64,000 bases of DNA, taken from positions 102,152 through 166,151 of the IMG/VR virus record IMGVR_UViG_3300031414_000009; one strand, written 5' to 3'. The position numbers and the translations under genes are program-made. Shown here piece by piece: positions 47,464 through 57,888 of the stretch. A model generated the notes under the pieces. That model was not told where the DNA came from. It ran no database searches and saw only the letters and a program-made list of their open reading frames with translations. Positions within the stretch are counted from its first letter, which is position 1; each line of letters begins with the position of its first letter. The DNA is from a virus.

Positions 47464-48905
47464 TATTTCATCCAGTAAGGTTTGTAATAGTCCGGGTCAT
47501 CTTTCGGCAGACGCATGCGCAGGAGGTCAACAGTGGAGAGTTCAGGACGACGATCATCTTCGTCTTCCAGATAGCACCAATGCTTACTTGTCTCCAGCAG
47601 TACGTCCCAATCGTAACCGGCAGTCTTCAGATCATTGTAGAGCTGGTCCATAGTACAGTAGTACTTAGACTCCAGACGATGGTGTGAGTTGTGAAGCAGC
47701 TGATGAACCTCGCAAGTGATTTCCATTGCACGGTTCAGTTTGAAGTCATTGTCACACAGGCGACGTGCTGTGGTACGCTGCATCTTCACATCAGGATAGA
47801 GTTCACAGTAGTAACCCTTATCGTGACCACCCATGCCCCAGCCAGGAGAGCTGCTGCTCTCTTTGTTCTGACGCAGATAACGCAGATAGGTCAGACCTTC
47901 CTTCACGCCTTCAGACTGAGACACAACGATGTCAAACGTACCACCGGTTTTACCTTGCTTGTTACGCAGGTACTGAACGGTGATTGCTTGCAGGTCGGTA
48001 TCGCCTTTGATGTTGTCGTTAGCATCGCGTGGGAACTCTGGCGCTTTGGTTGTCTGGTTAATCAGGATTTCCAGACTACGGCAATACAGCAGAACGTCAG
48101 TCAGGAAGGTGAACTTCTCAGGGGTAGCCTTAAACTTAATGTTACCCTTCATGAAGCTCAGCTTCTTCTTATCGCCAGCGTATTTGTCCATGATGATTTC
48201 ATCACCAACGTGCGCTGTGATAATCATGTACAGACCACCGGACCCAGTCAGGTATGGCATCTGCAACAACATCTGGTTCTTAGCCATACTACTACGCATA
48301 GCTTCGGCGTTCAGCTCGGAGTCACCGACTTCTGCTTTATCGTACAGCTTGGAGACTTCTTCAATGGTCATCTGTGAGATACCATCGAGTTCGCCGATTG
48401 TTGGCAGCATCGCTTTGATTGTATTACCGGAAGCATCCAGGAATGGAGTTTCACGAGTATACGTTTTGCTGTCTTTGATTTTCATGGACACCAGGGCACG
48501 CAACTGATCGAACCACTTGGAGCCAAACATTACTGTCAGGTCACTGAAGCTCAGACGCCCTTCGCGTACTAAGTCCAGTCCAGCGATTTCTTCAAAGCCT
48601 TGTGCTAAGGTGCAATAACGCATCGGACTACCGGAACCTTCGGTGTCGTGTGCGACGAGGATACTACGGATATACTTCGCTAAAGCTGACAGGCCGTAGT
48701 GGTGCGAGATCGTAGATTTGTACATGTTACCACGACCGCCCACGCCTGTGATCTTCGGCAGACCGCCATTGACGATACTGTTGCCTCGCTTGCCACGATA
48801 GATAACCCCGGTTGGGATATCCAACAGACAGCTAACGTTCAGCCAAGGACGGACGTCAGGTGCCTTTTCGAACAGGGCAAGTAAGGGATTTTCAGCGTTT
48901 GACAT
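47463..48905 (-). CDS. uvsX: UvsX/RecA-like recombinase
   Basis: Walker A GRGNMYKST, DTEGS, ITAHVG, RNKQGKTG. Confidence 0.85.
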   Translation of the reverse strand: MSNAENPLLALFEKAPDVRPWLNVSCLLDIPTGVIYRGKRGNSIVNGGLPKITGVGGRGNMYKSTISHHYGLSALAKYIRSILVAHDTEGSGSPMRYCTLAQGFEEIAGLDLVREGRLSFSDLTVMFGSKWFDQLRALVSMKIKDSKTYTRETPFLDASGNTIKAMLPTIGELDGISQMTIEEVSKLYDKAEVGDSELNAEAMRSSMAKNQMLLQMPYLTGSGGLYMIITAHVGDEIIMDKYAGDKKKLSFMKGNIKFKATPEKFTFLTDVLLYCRSLEILINQTTKAPEFPRDANDNIKGDTDLQAITVQYLRNKQGKTGGTFDIVVSQSEGVKEGLTYLRYLRQNKESSSSPGWGMGGHDKGYYCELYPDVKMQRTTARRLCDNDFKLNRAMEITCEVHQLLHNSHHRLESKYYCTMDQLYNDLKTAGYDWDVLLETSKHWCYLEDEDDRRPELSTVDLLRMRLPKDDPDYYKPYWMK

Positions 48906-48973
48906 TCAAACAACTCCTTCGTTGTTAATCATTTCTATGAAGCGCAACATTCTGCTCATAAAAAGGTAATCGC

Positions 48974-49786
48974 ATGTTAAAAAGTATAGAACTCCAGAAA
49001 AACGTCATTACGGTAGAATCGTTGGCGTTGTTTCGTCCTAACCAGAAAACGCTAGACCGTCTGGGTGGCTTTTTCACGGATGCTTCTGATGCTATCCGCA
49101 AACTATTAGGGAACATCACTGGGGCTAATGTCGCAGTAGCCATCGATGGCCGTGTTTTCCTTCCTCTTATTCAGAAAGCTGACTACACGTCGATGTCAAA
49201 TCTGCGTGTCCCTTTCCCAAAAGAGTTCAACGCGGACTACACCACAGTTGTCCAGATCATGCAGGAAGTTAACAGCGCCCCTGAGTCACTCTATCGTGAT
49301 TTCCTGCAACCGTTCAGCCAGTGGATCGCTGTCACGCTGAATGACCCGACTAAGATGGAAAGCATCAACCAGTATGTCAACATCGACGTGGATCGTTCTA
49401 AGATCGCTCGTGCTCATCTGGCGAAGGTTACTAAAGGTGGTGGTAGCGCTGAGGTTCGTTATACTCGTGCCGTTCGTAACAACAAAGCCTGGGAACCTGT
49501 ACTGGAAGCAATCAATCAGATTGCTGCACAGAATGCCAACGTCTCCATCGATGATGTACGCGGCAAGGTAAAAGAGATTGACGACATGCTTCAGATTCTG
49601 ATTGGTAAGATGAATGAGCCTTCATTCGAATACCGTCCATCTGGTGCGTTCGTGGATCGTCTGGTAAACCTTACCTACGCGATGGCAGCAGAGATTGAAC
49701 TCTATGCTGAATACCAGTACCTGTTTGGCTCTCTGGTTGAAGCAGTGCGTGCTGACGTTACGCTCCTGACCAAACACCTTAGCTAA
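48974..49786 (+). CDS. hypothetical protein, probably virion head protein
   Basis: 270 aa; TATG upstream; N-terminal TVE-S resembles jumbo-phage protease cleavage sites. Confidence 0.6.
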   Translation: MLKSIELQKNVITVESLALFRPNQKTLDRLGGFFTDASDAIRKLLGNITGANVAVAIDGRVFLPLIQKADYTSMSNLRVPFPKEFNADYTTVVQIMQEVNSAPESLYRDFLQPFSQWIAVTLNDPTKMESINQYVNIDVDRSKIARAHLAKVTKGGGSAEVRYTRAVRNNKAWEPVLEAINQIAAQNANVSIDDVRGKVKEIDDMLQILIGKMNEPSFEYRPSGAFVDRLVNLTYAMAAEIELYAEYQYLFGSLVEAVRADVTLLTKHLS

Positions 49787-49835
49787 CAGCATAAAGCCCC
49801 CCAGACGCCACGCCGGTGTCTGGGGAGTTTATGTC
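49787..49835. terminator. bidirectional terminator
   Basis: GCATAAAG-CCCCAGACGCC..GGTGTCTGGGG-AGTTTATGT. Confidence 0.7.
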
Positions 49836-49844
49836 TCAGTGTCT

Positions 49845-50237
49845 TTATAACGCCATGCGCAACACACGTAAGATGTCTTCGCGCATTTCGGTGACGGACC
49901 CGTAACGAATTGATGCTGGCGTTTTGGATACGATGTCCATAGCCAGTTGGTAAAGCGGACCCCTTTCGTGTGGGATACTGATCTTGTGTTCAATAGTAAG
50001 CCCCCGCAGATGCATCGCAAAACGTGTAGGCAGTCTTAACGCCTCACTATCACGGCAAAACGAGAACTCGCTATTCAAACGTTCTAATGCAACGGTCTCA
50101 TCAAATGAGTCCGAAGCAATATAGCCAAACAAGCATGAAAGTGCAATCATCCGTTTGATGCGGACGGGTAGCAACTTACAAACCACACAACCCGCCGTAA
50201 AGGTAGGTATTTCGTGGTGCCATAAAGTCGTGGCCAT
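49845..50237 (-). CDS. conserved hypothetical protein
   Basis: Start reassigned to MATTLW after AAGGAG. Confidence 0.65.
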   Translation of the reverse strand: MATTLWHHEIPTFTAGCVVCKLLPVRIKRMIALSCLFGYIASDSFDETVALERLNSEFSFCRDSEALRLPTRFAMHLRGLTIEHKISIPHERGPLYQLAMDIVSKTPASIRYGSVTEMREDILRVLRMAL

Positions 50238-50241
50238 ACGA

Positions 50242-51705
50242 CTACTCCTTTGGAATAACACGGTAGTTAGCCGGGTAGCCCATCCAAATCGAAGCGTCTT
50301 CTCCTGCTACCACCACTGTGGCGAAGTACAGGCTATTTGAATCATTAGACCAGCTCAACACTGAGACCTTCGGTTCTTTCGAAGCGAGGTGTGACAGACT
50401 GTTACGGCGTGGCAGGTCTTGACCCAATACGATGCGTGTCGATAACGTACCAATCGACCCATCGGCTTTCTTGTAATCAAGCTTAGCAGGGATTGTCTTA
50501 ATAGACGAATCGATTTCCTTCTTCAGCTTGCAAGAGAGTTTGCCTTTCTTCTCCTCGACATCATACAGACTGTCAGTGATTTCACGTACATGTACACCTT
50601 CGAGTTTACCGGCTAAGAAATCGGCCAGTAGCTTTTCAGCTTTCATTAACGTGTCGATAGCATTCAACGCTAATCTCGGTTTGGTGAGTTCCCGAGTGAG
50701 TAACTGGTCGCCGCCATACATCAGGTCGTTTGTACCTGGGCATGGGTCCAACCACCGAGTACCATTTACAAAGATAGAACCGTAGACACGCGAGTTGAGG
50801 ATGTTATCCAGGTGTCCAATAACCATCTCGCTGTAGTTATCGGAGTTGAGTTTGTATTGCGCTTGGCGAATACTTTCCATCACTGGGTCTGCTTCCTTTA
50901 AGAAGCTTACGCAGTATGTCGAGTCCGCCATGGGCTTTGCAAACAGTTCGTCATCCTTGCCATGAGACCCACCGTAATACACGAAACGACCGTCAAGATT
51001 CTGATGTGTGCTATCCGAGTCATTGGTAAAGTACCAACGAGGAGTGGACAACATTTTATTCACACCTGGAACCTTAACAGTCTCGCCACGTTCTACTGGT
51101 GGTGCTTCACTAAACTTAACAGTTCGCGATGCCTTAGCCAGCATTGCCAACTGTTTTCCCTGTGTAGCGATCTGGTCAGCACGTTGGTTTCCAGGATCGT
51201 CGCCGTGTCCTTTAATCCAACGCCAATCGACCTTCACGTTATCACGGGAGAATTCAGATTTGAACTGATGAAGGGTTTCCCACTGCTGTTGGTTTGCAAT
51301 GGGTTCCTGGTTGGCAGTTTGCCATCCGTTCTGCCGCCACTTTTCTAAGTTCTCGAGATAGTTCTTACGCACGTACTCGGAGTCCGGACGCATCATCACG
51401 TCAGTCCAACCGTGTTCACGAATAAGCTCAAAGGCTAGTACAGCTGCCCCCAATTCTGCGATGTTGTTTGTCACAGGCATGGGGTAGCTGACCAGACCTT
51501 CGAAGTACTGAAGCGGCTGCACCCATTTGGCATCCGCTGGTACATTCTTCAACGAGTAATATCCCTTATCGGTCGGGTGGAAGCTATCGTCGTTCGGAGC
51601 ACCTACAACTTCGCTAAAGGTGTATCCAAACAAACCGCTACCACCTGGACCGCGTGGCGGTTCAGCACCACCATCCGTGTAAATGACTACTTTGATTCCT
51701 GACAT
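50242..51705 (-). CDS. rnhA: ribonuclease HI with long C-terminal extension
   Basis: YTDGG, TNNIAEL, DSEYV, WIKGH, GNQRADQIA. Confidence 0.9.
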   Translation of the reverse strand: MSGIKVVIYTDGGAEPPRGPGGSGLFGYTFSEVVGAPNDDSFHPTDKGYYSLKNVPADAKWVQPLQYFEGLVSYPMPVTNNIAELGAAVLAFELIREHGWTDVMMRPDSEYVRKNYLENLEKWRQNGWQTANQEPIANQQQWETLHQFKSEFSRDNVKVDWRWIKGHGDDPGNQRADQIATQGKQLAMLAKASRTVKFSEAPPVERGETVKVPGVNKMLSTPRWYFTNDSDSTHQNLDGRFVYYGGSHGKDDELFAKPMADSTYCVSFLKEADPVMESIRQAQYKLNSDNYSEMVIGHLDNILNSRVYGSIFVNGTRWLDPCPGTNDLMYGGDQLLTRELTKPRLALNAIDTLMKAEKLLADFLAGKLEGVHVREITDSLYDVEEKKGKLSCKLKKEIDSSIKTIPAKLDYKKADGSIGTLSTRIVLGQDLPRRNSLSHLASKEPKVSVLSWSNDSNSLYFATVVVAGEDASIWMGYPANYRVIPKE

Positions 51706-51767
51706 TACAGTGCTCCGTTATCTGATCTATGATGTTTCTACAGACCATTCGTATGCCCTGTAAGATT

Positions 51768-52166
51768 TTATTTATGCTCAACCTGTCTTGCGGTCTTCTG
51801 TCTCTGGTCCTCGGGTTGCAAAAAATCCAATTTGGCATTTGCAGCAGAGAGATCTCGACCAAGTGCCACGTTAGCCTTTTTGATTTCGGCATTCTCTGCT
51901 TCAAGAGCCTTAATACGTTCCGAGTCCATTCTTGCCCCCTGTTTTAGCGAAGCATGTTCCAACATGTAACCTTGATTTGCGGTGTAGAGAGTTTTGATGA
52001 CATCATAGCTCACAGCTCCAGCTATCGCGATAATGATCAAAAAGATTGCAATATATTTAAAGACAGGGGATTTTTGTTTTCCGCCTCTTGGCCTGCCATT
52101 ACCTCCGAAGAGTTCTTTTAGAAAAGGCCAGAGGGTCGGTACTAGCTTTATTAATAAGCTGACCAT
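51768..52166 (-). CDS. membrane protein, single TM plus coiled coil
   Basis: YIAIFLIIIAIAGAVSY followed by a heptad-like region. Confidence 0.7.
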   Translation of the reverse strand: MVSLLIKLVPTLWPFLKELFGGNGRPRGGKQKSPVFKYIAIFLIIIAIAGAVSYDVIKTLYTANQGYMLEHASLKQGARMDSERIKALEAENAEIKKANVALGRDLSAANAKLDFLQPEDQRQKTARQVEHK

Positions 52167-52224
52167 CGATCGACCCCTAAATATTATGTTGTACTTTTAT
52201 CCCTAACGAGCGAGGAATACCACG

Positions 52225-53541
52225 ATGTATCAGTTACGTGGTTTTGTGCCAATTACTGCTTTTTCTGACAACACAGAAGGCAAAGTAGCCGCTATCGGTG
52301 AATTGTCTCAGTTGTCTCGTAGCTTCAGCCGCGATGTAAACTTCATTCGCGTAACTGATTCCCCTGACGTCGCGTTGGGTGTTTTTAGCAATACCCGCGA
52401 TGACAAAGTCGTCCCGCCCGAAGTCGTTTACTATACGCTATTGTTGAATGTTTCACAATGGCTGTTTACTAAATCGATTTCAGGTGACTTACCAAAAGAC
52501 GTGAACACGTTACTTCAGCAACTGAACGCAGCTTTTACTAAGCGCGCTAAGTTCACTGAGGTAGGTGAGATCGTGAGCAATGGGCGTTACTGGTTCCCAA
52601 CCTCTATTACCTGCTCTGCTCTTGAGTCAGATAACGAAGACAGCCTGCTGCGAGTGTGGTATACCGACGATGCATTCCGTCGTGAGTATGACCTCTACGA
52701 ACACAATGTCGCTAATCCACCGTCGTTCGATAACTTAGACGACTTCTTCTTACCAGCTGCAACGGTCATCGCGCGTATTCAAGCGATTAATTCTGAATTG
52801 ACGAACAAACAGAATAACAAATATCGCGGCGACTATCCTGAGACCAAGTTGATTACCACCAACTATGACTTTGTCAGTCCGCTGGATGATCAAGATACCT
52901 ATCCGGTTCCGTGGAGCGTATTCGTCTACGGTTTGGCAGGTATTTCATCAGACAGTATTCGTGACAGCATCGTTGATCATATCCTGGCAAACTCAACGCA
53001 TTCCCGTGATGAATGGGAGCAGATCTTCCCGGATCTGTTTACACCGACTGAGTTCTATATCATTCCGTTCTGGGACCGTTATTCTTTGCCGGATAACAAA
53101 CTGGTGGCTGGTTTCTACTCACCAATTATTCCTCTGAAGTCGCAGTTGGCTACAGCGAAGAAATGGTGTGATGGTGCCGATTATACTGATGCGCATTTAA
53201 ATGCGAACCTTCAGCTTGTTGGTAATCTGTATCGCTCCATGCAGTTCCTGTCGGTCGGTAATCCGAAGAACCGTAATGCACCGTTTGACTTCCTGTCTCT
53301 CTGGCCGAAGTATGCGATGATCTCCACTACCAGTCTCGACTTCGGTCGTATTGATCCAGAGACCCGTGAGTTCATGATGCGTCTGACAGAGCTGCTTCAG
53401 GCTGCTGAATCGGCAACGCGCTACACTGCTATTCCAGATGGCATGACTCGCGTTATTCGTAACGACAAGATGTATCTGACCTTGGTACACGCCAAAGTGC
53501 AGTACGTCTGCGTTGTTAAACTCAACTTCGTCAGCGGGTGA
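52225..53541 (+). CDS. virion structural protein
   Basis: 438 aa; IGELS, WEQIFPDLF..TEF.I.PFW pattern typical of phiKZ-like structural proteins; TATG upstream. Confidence 0.7.
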   Translation: MYQLRGFVPITAFSDNTEGKVAAIGELSQLSRSFSRDVNFIRVTDSPDVALGVFSNTRDDKVVPPEVVYYTLLLNVSQWLFTKSISGDLPKDVNTLLQQLNAAFTKRAKFTEVGEIVSNGRYWFPTSITCSALESDNEDSLLRVWYTDDAFRREYDLYEHNVANPPSFDNLDDFFLPAATVIARIQAINSELTNKQNNKYRGDYPETKLITTNYDFVSPLDDQDTYPVPWSVFVYGLAGISSDSIRDSIVDHILANSTHSRDEWEQIFPDLFTPTEFYIIPFWDRYSLPDNKLVAGFYSPIIPLKSQLATAKKWCDGADYTDAHLNANLQLVGNLYRSMQFLSVGNPKNRNAPFDFLSLWPKYAMISTTSLDFGRIDPETREFMMRLTELLQAAESATRYTAIPDGMTRVIRNDKMYLTLVHAKVQYVCVVKLNFVSG

Positions 53542-53546
53542 CATAA

Positions 53547-54152
53547 ATGGCCGTCGTACCTGTTTTAAACTCTTCTGGCCAGTTCACGGTTAACTCCCCG
53601 TTTAAACTGGTCGATGGCGTATCCTATACCTGTATCGCCAACCGTAAGTTTAAAGACTTACTGAATCAACAGGTAGCAGTTTGGGAACGGTACTACTCAC
53701 CATACGGACTGACCCAAGATCAATACGCTCAGGATCTAAAAGATGAAGCGGTATTAGTTACGTTGTTCAGCGACGATGCCCCGACGCTTTACATCCCGAG
53801 TACGTATATCACGGGTTATCCAAATGCTGCGGCTACCACGTTCCGACATCGGGTGTTGAGCTGCTCACTCGGAGCCATTCCCGATACTCTGGCACTGGAT
53901 GACTTTATCCAGAAGGTTCGTTCGTTGGCAAGTGACGTTGTGGGTATTGAACCTACCGTGTCACTGCATAGCGTGTCATTGTCTACAGTAATCACCAAAG
54001 AAGCTGCTGAAGCCTTTGAGTCTGCACGACAAGCACGCATTAACAACCGCACCACCGAGCACGCACAGCTACTGGCCTCACAGGCTGAGAACGCTGAACT
54101 CCGTACTCGTAACCAAATGCTGGAAGAGCTGTTAGTTCAAAACTCTAAGTAA
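53547..54152 (+). CDS. virion structural protein (putative)
   Basis: 201 aa, co-transcribed with previous gene; YIPSTYI.GYP, C-terminal coiled coil. Confidence 0.6.
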   Translation: MAVVPVLNSSGQFTVNSPFKLVDGVSYTCIANRKFKDLLNQQVAVWERYYSPYGLTQDQYAQDLKDEAVLVTLFSDDAPTLYIPSTYITGYPNAAATTFRHRVLSCSLGAIPDTLALDDFIQKVRSLASDVVGIEPTVSLHSVSLSTVITKEAAEAFESARQARINNRTTEHAQLLASQAENAELRTRNQMLEELLVQNSK

Positions 54153-54153
54153 C

Positions 54154-54204
54154 GACATAAAAGCCTCTCTACCCCGCAAAGGGTAGAGAGTGCTTATTTA
54201 TGCG
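54154..54204. terminator. bidirectional terminator (GCATAAAA family)
   Basis: ACATAAAAGC-CTCTCTACCC..GGGTAGAGAG-TGCTTATTTATGC. Confidence 0.75.
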
Positions 54205-56681
54205 TATTCAATTTCCAGACAACGGTTAGCACCATCAACTACACCCACGTTAGCTGAGTCCATCACAATAACATCAGCGTTAACTAATGTGTCATGTGCC
54301 TCAGGGTTATGCGAGATATAGAAGACCTGAGAGATTCGCTTAGAGTCAATCAGTTGCTTGAAGAATTCCACTACACGTTGACGGTGCTCTGGGTCGAATG
54401 TTGCACCCAGCTCGTCAGGATAAATAGGATATCCGTGCATGTCTGTAAAGGACAGATAAACCAATACAAACGTGAAGTTAATGAAAGCACGCATTGCACC
54501 GGACCCCTTAGCAATATCAGGGACCAGTTTAGGACGCCCTTTAATCTCAATCGGGAAACGGTAATCGAGATCCGTTGCATCCAGACCACATGGCTTGATA
54601 ACCATGTCGTATGTCCACACGCATGCAATGAAGTCATTCATCTGGTTAACGAGAGAATCAATACATGTACTTAACTGATCGGCAATCAACCCAGAGGTTG
54701 GTGACATCTGATCAATCAGTATTTTCATGTCTGCTTCTTTCTGCATCAGGTCATCACGCTGACGCTCCAGACTCGCCACAATCTCTTTCGCCGACTTACG
54801 CTCATTCAGCTGATAAGACAACTGTGCCAGCTCAGCCTGTTGCCGTTCGATGTTCTGACGGAACTGATCGTTAAGTTGAGACGAGAGGTAATTGCGCATC
54901 GCACTGTTCACAGCTTCAATAGAAGTCGTCAGTTTGTCTTTCAACGATTCCCATTCGCGAGCCTGGAGCAATGCTTCATTTAATTCATCGCGCTGACGAC
55001 GCCATTTCTGCTCATCGTGTGTTAATGCAGCTACAACCTCTTCCAACTGTTTAGCACGTTGAGTTAAGAACTGTGAACTACCGCCACCGGCAATCTCCTT
55101 CGCACGATTCAGTACGACATTGATTTCATCGATACGATTCTCAACACGGGTACGGTCAGCTAAAACCCGCAGTTGTTCTTTCCAGCGATAGAACAGATGC
55201 ACACACGCGTTTGGATCTTCGAACACCAGATCGTTTACTGCAAACTCTTTCCATAACACACCCAGTGCAGTATTTGAACTGACCACGTTACGGAAGTCGT
55301 TGAACAGTCGACGCCATTCATTCAGTTCATCCAGCCAAACCTGATTACGGTTATATGCATCATTGACTTGATTGACCTGTACGTTTAACAGTTCGATCTT
55401 TTCGCCTAGGATACGTAGCTCGTTTTCAGACACACCCGGTACCCAAGTATACCCACACTTCGGACACTGTGTATTCTCAGCACCCTCGATCATCTCTTTA
55501 CGAGCAGACAGCTTAGTGAGTTCTGTTGCCTTAACATTACGGGCGATAACCAGTTCATCATGCTTACGTTGTGCTTCGGCTAATGCATCACGGTTAAAGC
55601 GCTTGCCTGGGTTCGGTGGTAATGCTAACAGCTTGTCGGTAATCGGACTGTCCAATTCCTCAGCCAGTCGGAACAAGTAAATGAAGTCACACTCACCGTA
55701 ATCAAACTCGATGCGTTGAACTGAATAGAAGTCTTTCAGCTTAGCATGGAGCTGCTCAAGTTCTTCGGTCAGTGTGTTCCCACCTGTTCCCACCATCACT
55801 GACATCTGATGAATGGTGTCTTCGATTTCAGTGAACTCACGACGACGTTCAATCAGTCCAGACTCTGCGTTAGCCCGAGCTTGTTCAGCATAGTTAATCT
55901 GACGAAGGATGTTTTCCAGGTTCTGTTGTCCACGCAGCAGTTCTGTATCCATCGCTAAGATCCGATCACCGGCTAATGACTTCAGCTCACCCATGGCTTG
56001 CTCTAAACGACGGTTGGCTTCTGTCCGTGGAGCAGCATGTTGATCGACTGCGAACATAAGGTCGGTGATATTCGCTGTCAGGCGATCTATGTGGTCCTGT
56101 AGATCGTTTAACTCCTCATCACTGAACAAACCCTTGTATTCAACCGCCAACCTCGTCTCGGCGTGTTTACGCGCTCCTGTGGCATCACGTGCTGTCGACT
56201 TCATTTTGTTAAAGAGAGCCAGCGCAAACGTTACATCGTAACTACACGCTTTCGATATCCACTCACGACGTTGCTGTGGCGACATTGACGTTAAAGTAAT
56301 CTCACCGGTCAACAGTTGATGCAATGCGTCAGTATACTTGAAGTACTGGAAGACCAGTTCCTTCTGAGTTGCGCCTGTACCCTCATCGTTCAAAACTTCT
56401 TTGTTACGAATGAAAGTGTGTTTGTTACCGACACGGAAATCAGAGATTAAAGTATAGTGGTTCCCTTCATCATCTTCGATCTCTACGTGCTTTAATCCGC
56501 CTGCTAAAAAGTCTTGGCGTGAAGCAGGTAATGGTGACAGCTCTGCGAACAGAGAACTCTTACCAGACCCGTTGGTTCCGATTACCAGTTGGTAAGCAGA
56601 CTCCGGTGTATAGACAAGGCGTTTAATCCCTGCGTACAGTAAACGTACGTTGCCTTCTAAAATCAGTTTCTTGATACGCAT
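54198..56681 (-). CDS. sbcC: SbcC/Rad50-like SMC ATPase
   Basis: Start MRIKKL; Walker A GTNGSGKS, zinc hook CPKC, coiled coils, Walker B IYPDE, ISH. Confidence 0.9.
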   Translation of the reverse strand: MRIKKLILEGNVRLLYAGIKRLVYTPESAYQLVIGTNGSGKSSLFAELSPLPASRQDFLAGGLKHVEIEDDEGNHYTLISDFRVGNKHTFIRNKEVLNDEGTGATQKELVFQYFKYTDALHQLLTGEITLTSMSPQQRREWISKACSYDVTFALALFNKMKSTARDATGARKHAETRLAVEYKGLFSDEELNDLQDHIDRLTANITDLMFAVDQHAAPRTEANRRLEQAMGELKSLAGDRILAMDTELLRGQQNLENILRQINYAEQARANAESGLIERRREFTEIEDTIHQMSVMVGTGGNTLTEELEQLHAKLKDFYSVQRIEFDYGECDFIYLFRLAEELDSPITDKLLALPPNPGKRFNRDALAEAQRKHDELVIARNVKATELTKLSARKEMIEGAENTQCPKCGYTWVPGVSENELRILGEKIELLNVQVNQVNDAYNRNQVWLDELNEWRRLFNDFRNVVSSNTALGVLWKEFAVNDLVFEDPNACVHLFYRWKEQLRVLADRTRVENRIDEINVVLNRAKEIAGGGSSQFLTQRAKQLEEVVAALTHDEQKWRRQRDELNEALLQAREWESLKDKLTTSIEAVNSAMRNYLSSQLNDQFRQNIERQQAELAQLSYQLNERKSAKEIVASLERQRDDLMQKEADMKILIDQMSPTSGLIADQLSTCIDSLVNQMNDFIACVWTYDMVIKPCGLDATDLDYRFPIEIKGRPKLVPDIAKGSGAMRAFINFTFVLVYLSFTDMHGYPIYPDELGATFDPEHRQRVVEFFKQLIDSKRISQVFYISHNPEAHDTLVNADVIVMDSANVGVVDGANRCLEIEYA

Positions 56682-56917
56682 GGTGACTCCGAGCTTATAT
56701 TCATCTATACGATAACGCTGACGTGTTATTTTTAATTCTAAGGTGTGGTAATTTATTACAATTACCACCAATCAAGTGGAAGGATTTTTAATACTAACTC
56801 TTATAATAAATATATTCCTTCCCTCCTTTCTGCTTAGACAGAAAGGGTATGGTTTGATTGCAACTTTGCAAATTATAGGACAAGCAAATTAATAATTACT
56901 TAATCCGGAGCTAAGCC

Positions 56918-57886
56918 ATGCAGGACATGTCTAGTCAGTTCAAACCCGTCTCAGTGGCCCGCGTTCTTGAGGATTTAGAACCAGGTACTGAGATTCTGTT
57001 AGTCGGTGGTTTAGAGTCTAACCCTGGTGCCACAGGTATGCAGGTATCCAATACCCAATCGGTGGAAGCAAAGGGTACAGATTCCAGCGGGAAAGAATAC
57101 AGTTCGACCACAACAACCGATAGCGTTATTAAAGCTAAATGGTTGCGGTGGGGTAGTCAACGACTGACCCCGCCAAACGTTCGTCGTAAGATGCGTGTGA
57201 TGCTCTATCGCTTTGCTGACCAGGACGAGTACTACTGGGAGTATATGGGCTTAGACGGCCACCTGATGCGCCTAGAGACGATTGTGTGGGGCATTAACAA
57301 CAATGCCAATGCAGATGGTACCTCTGAGGTTAAACCTGAGAACATGCACACCATCGAGTGGTCTAGTCACACCAAGCAACTTACACTGCGTACCTGTAAA
57401 TCACAGGGTGAACCATTTGCCTATATCTTCCAGTTCAATCTGGGTGAAGGTGCTGTAATTCTTGCCGACGACACAGGTAATATGGTTAACCTCGATTCGC
57501 AAGAAGCAATTTGGATAATGCAGAACAGCTTTGGGTCGCACCTTAAGATCGATAAGAATAACATCTTTGCTTTTGCTGCTGAATTGATCAAGATGGAAAC
57601 TAAGGTGGTTCAGGTCATTGCCGAAACTGTTGAGGTTAAAGCCAATCTGTTCTCTGGTGATATCTCTGAACTGTTCCATGTGGATACCCCACAGGCAAAC
57701 TTCACTAACAACGTGACAGTTGGCCAAATCAGCACTGGTTACAATAGCAACGGTCATGGCATGGTCTCGAAGGGCAACATGCGCATCGAAGGTGAACTGG
57801 TGACTACCGGTGACGCAGTGATTGGTGGTAAGATCACTTGTGCTGGTATAGATAGCTCGCAGAACGTTAACGCACCCAACATATAA
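56918..57886 (+). CDS. baseplate central spike / tail-tip protein (phiKZ gp164-like)
   Basis: AKWL..RLTPPNVR N-terminal pattern; C-terminal beta-helix-like G.../V...G repeats; adjacent to sbcC. Confidence 0.65.
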   Translation: MQDMSSQFKPVSVARVLEDLEPGTEILLVGGLESNPGATGMQVSNTQSVEAKGTDSSGKEYSSTTTTDSVIKAKWLRWGSQRLTPPNVRRKMRVMLYRFADQDEYYWEYMGLDGHLMRLETIVWGINNNANADGTSEVKPENMHTIEWSSHTKQLTLRTCKSQGEPFAYIFQFNLGEGAVILADDTGNMVNLDSQEAIWIMQNSFGSHLKIDKNNIFAFAAELIKMETKVVQVIAETVEVKANLFSGDISELFHVDTPQANFTNNVTVGQISTGYNSNGHGMVSKGNMRIEGELVTTGDAVIGGKITCAGIDSSQNVNAPNI

Positions 57887-57888
57887 AG

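Noticed and set aside
51662-52166. Nested i-spanin/o-spanin pair
   Set aside because: 51768-52166 has TM plus coiled coil, but the overlapping 51662-51904 ORF has no lipobox or signal peptide, so a spanin call is unsupported.
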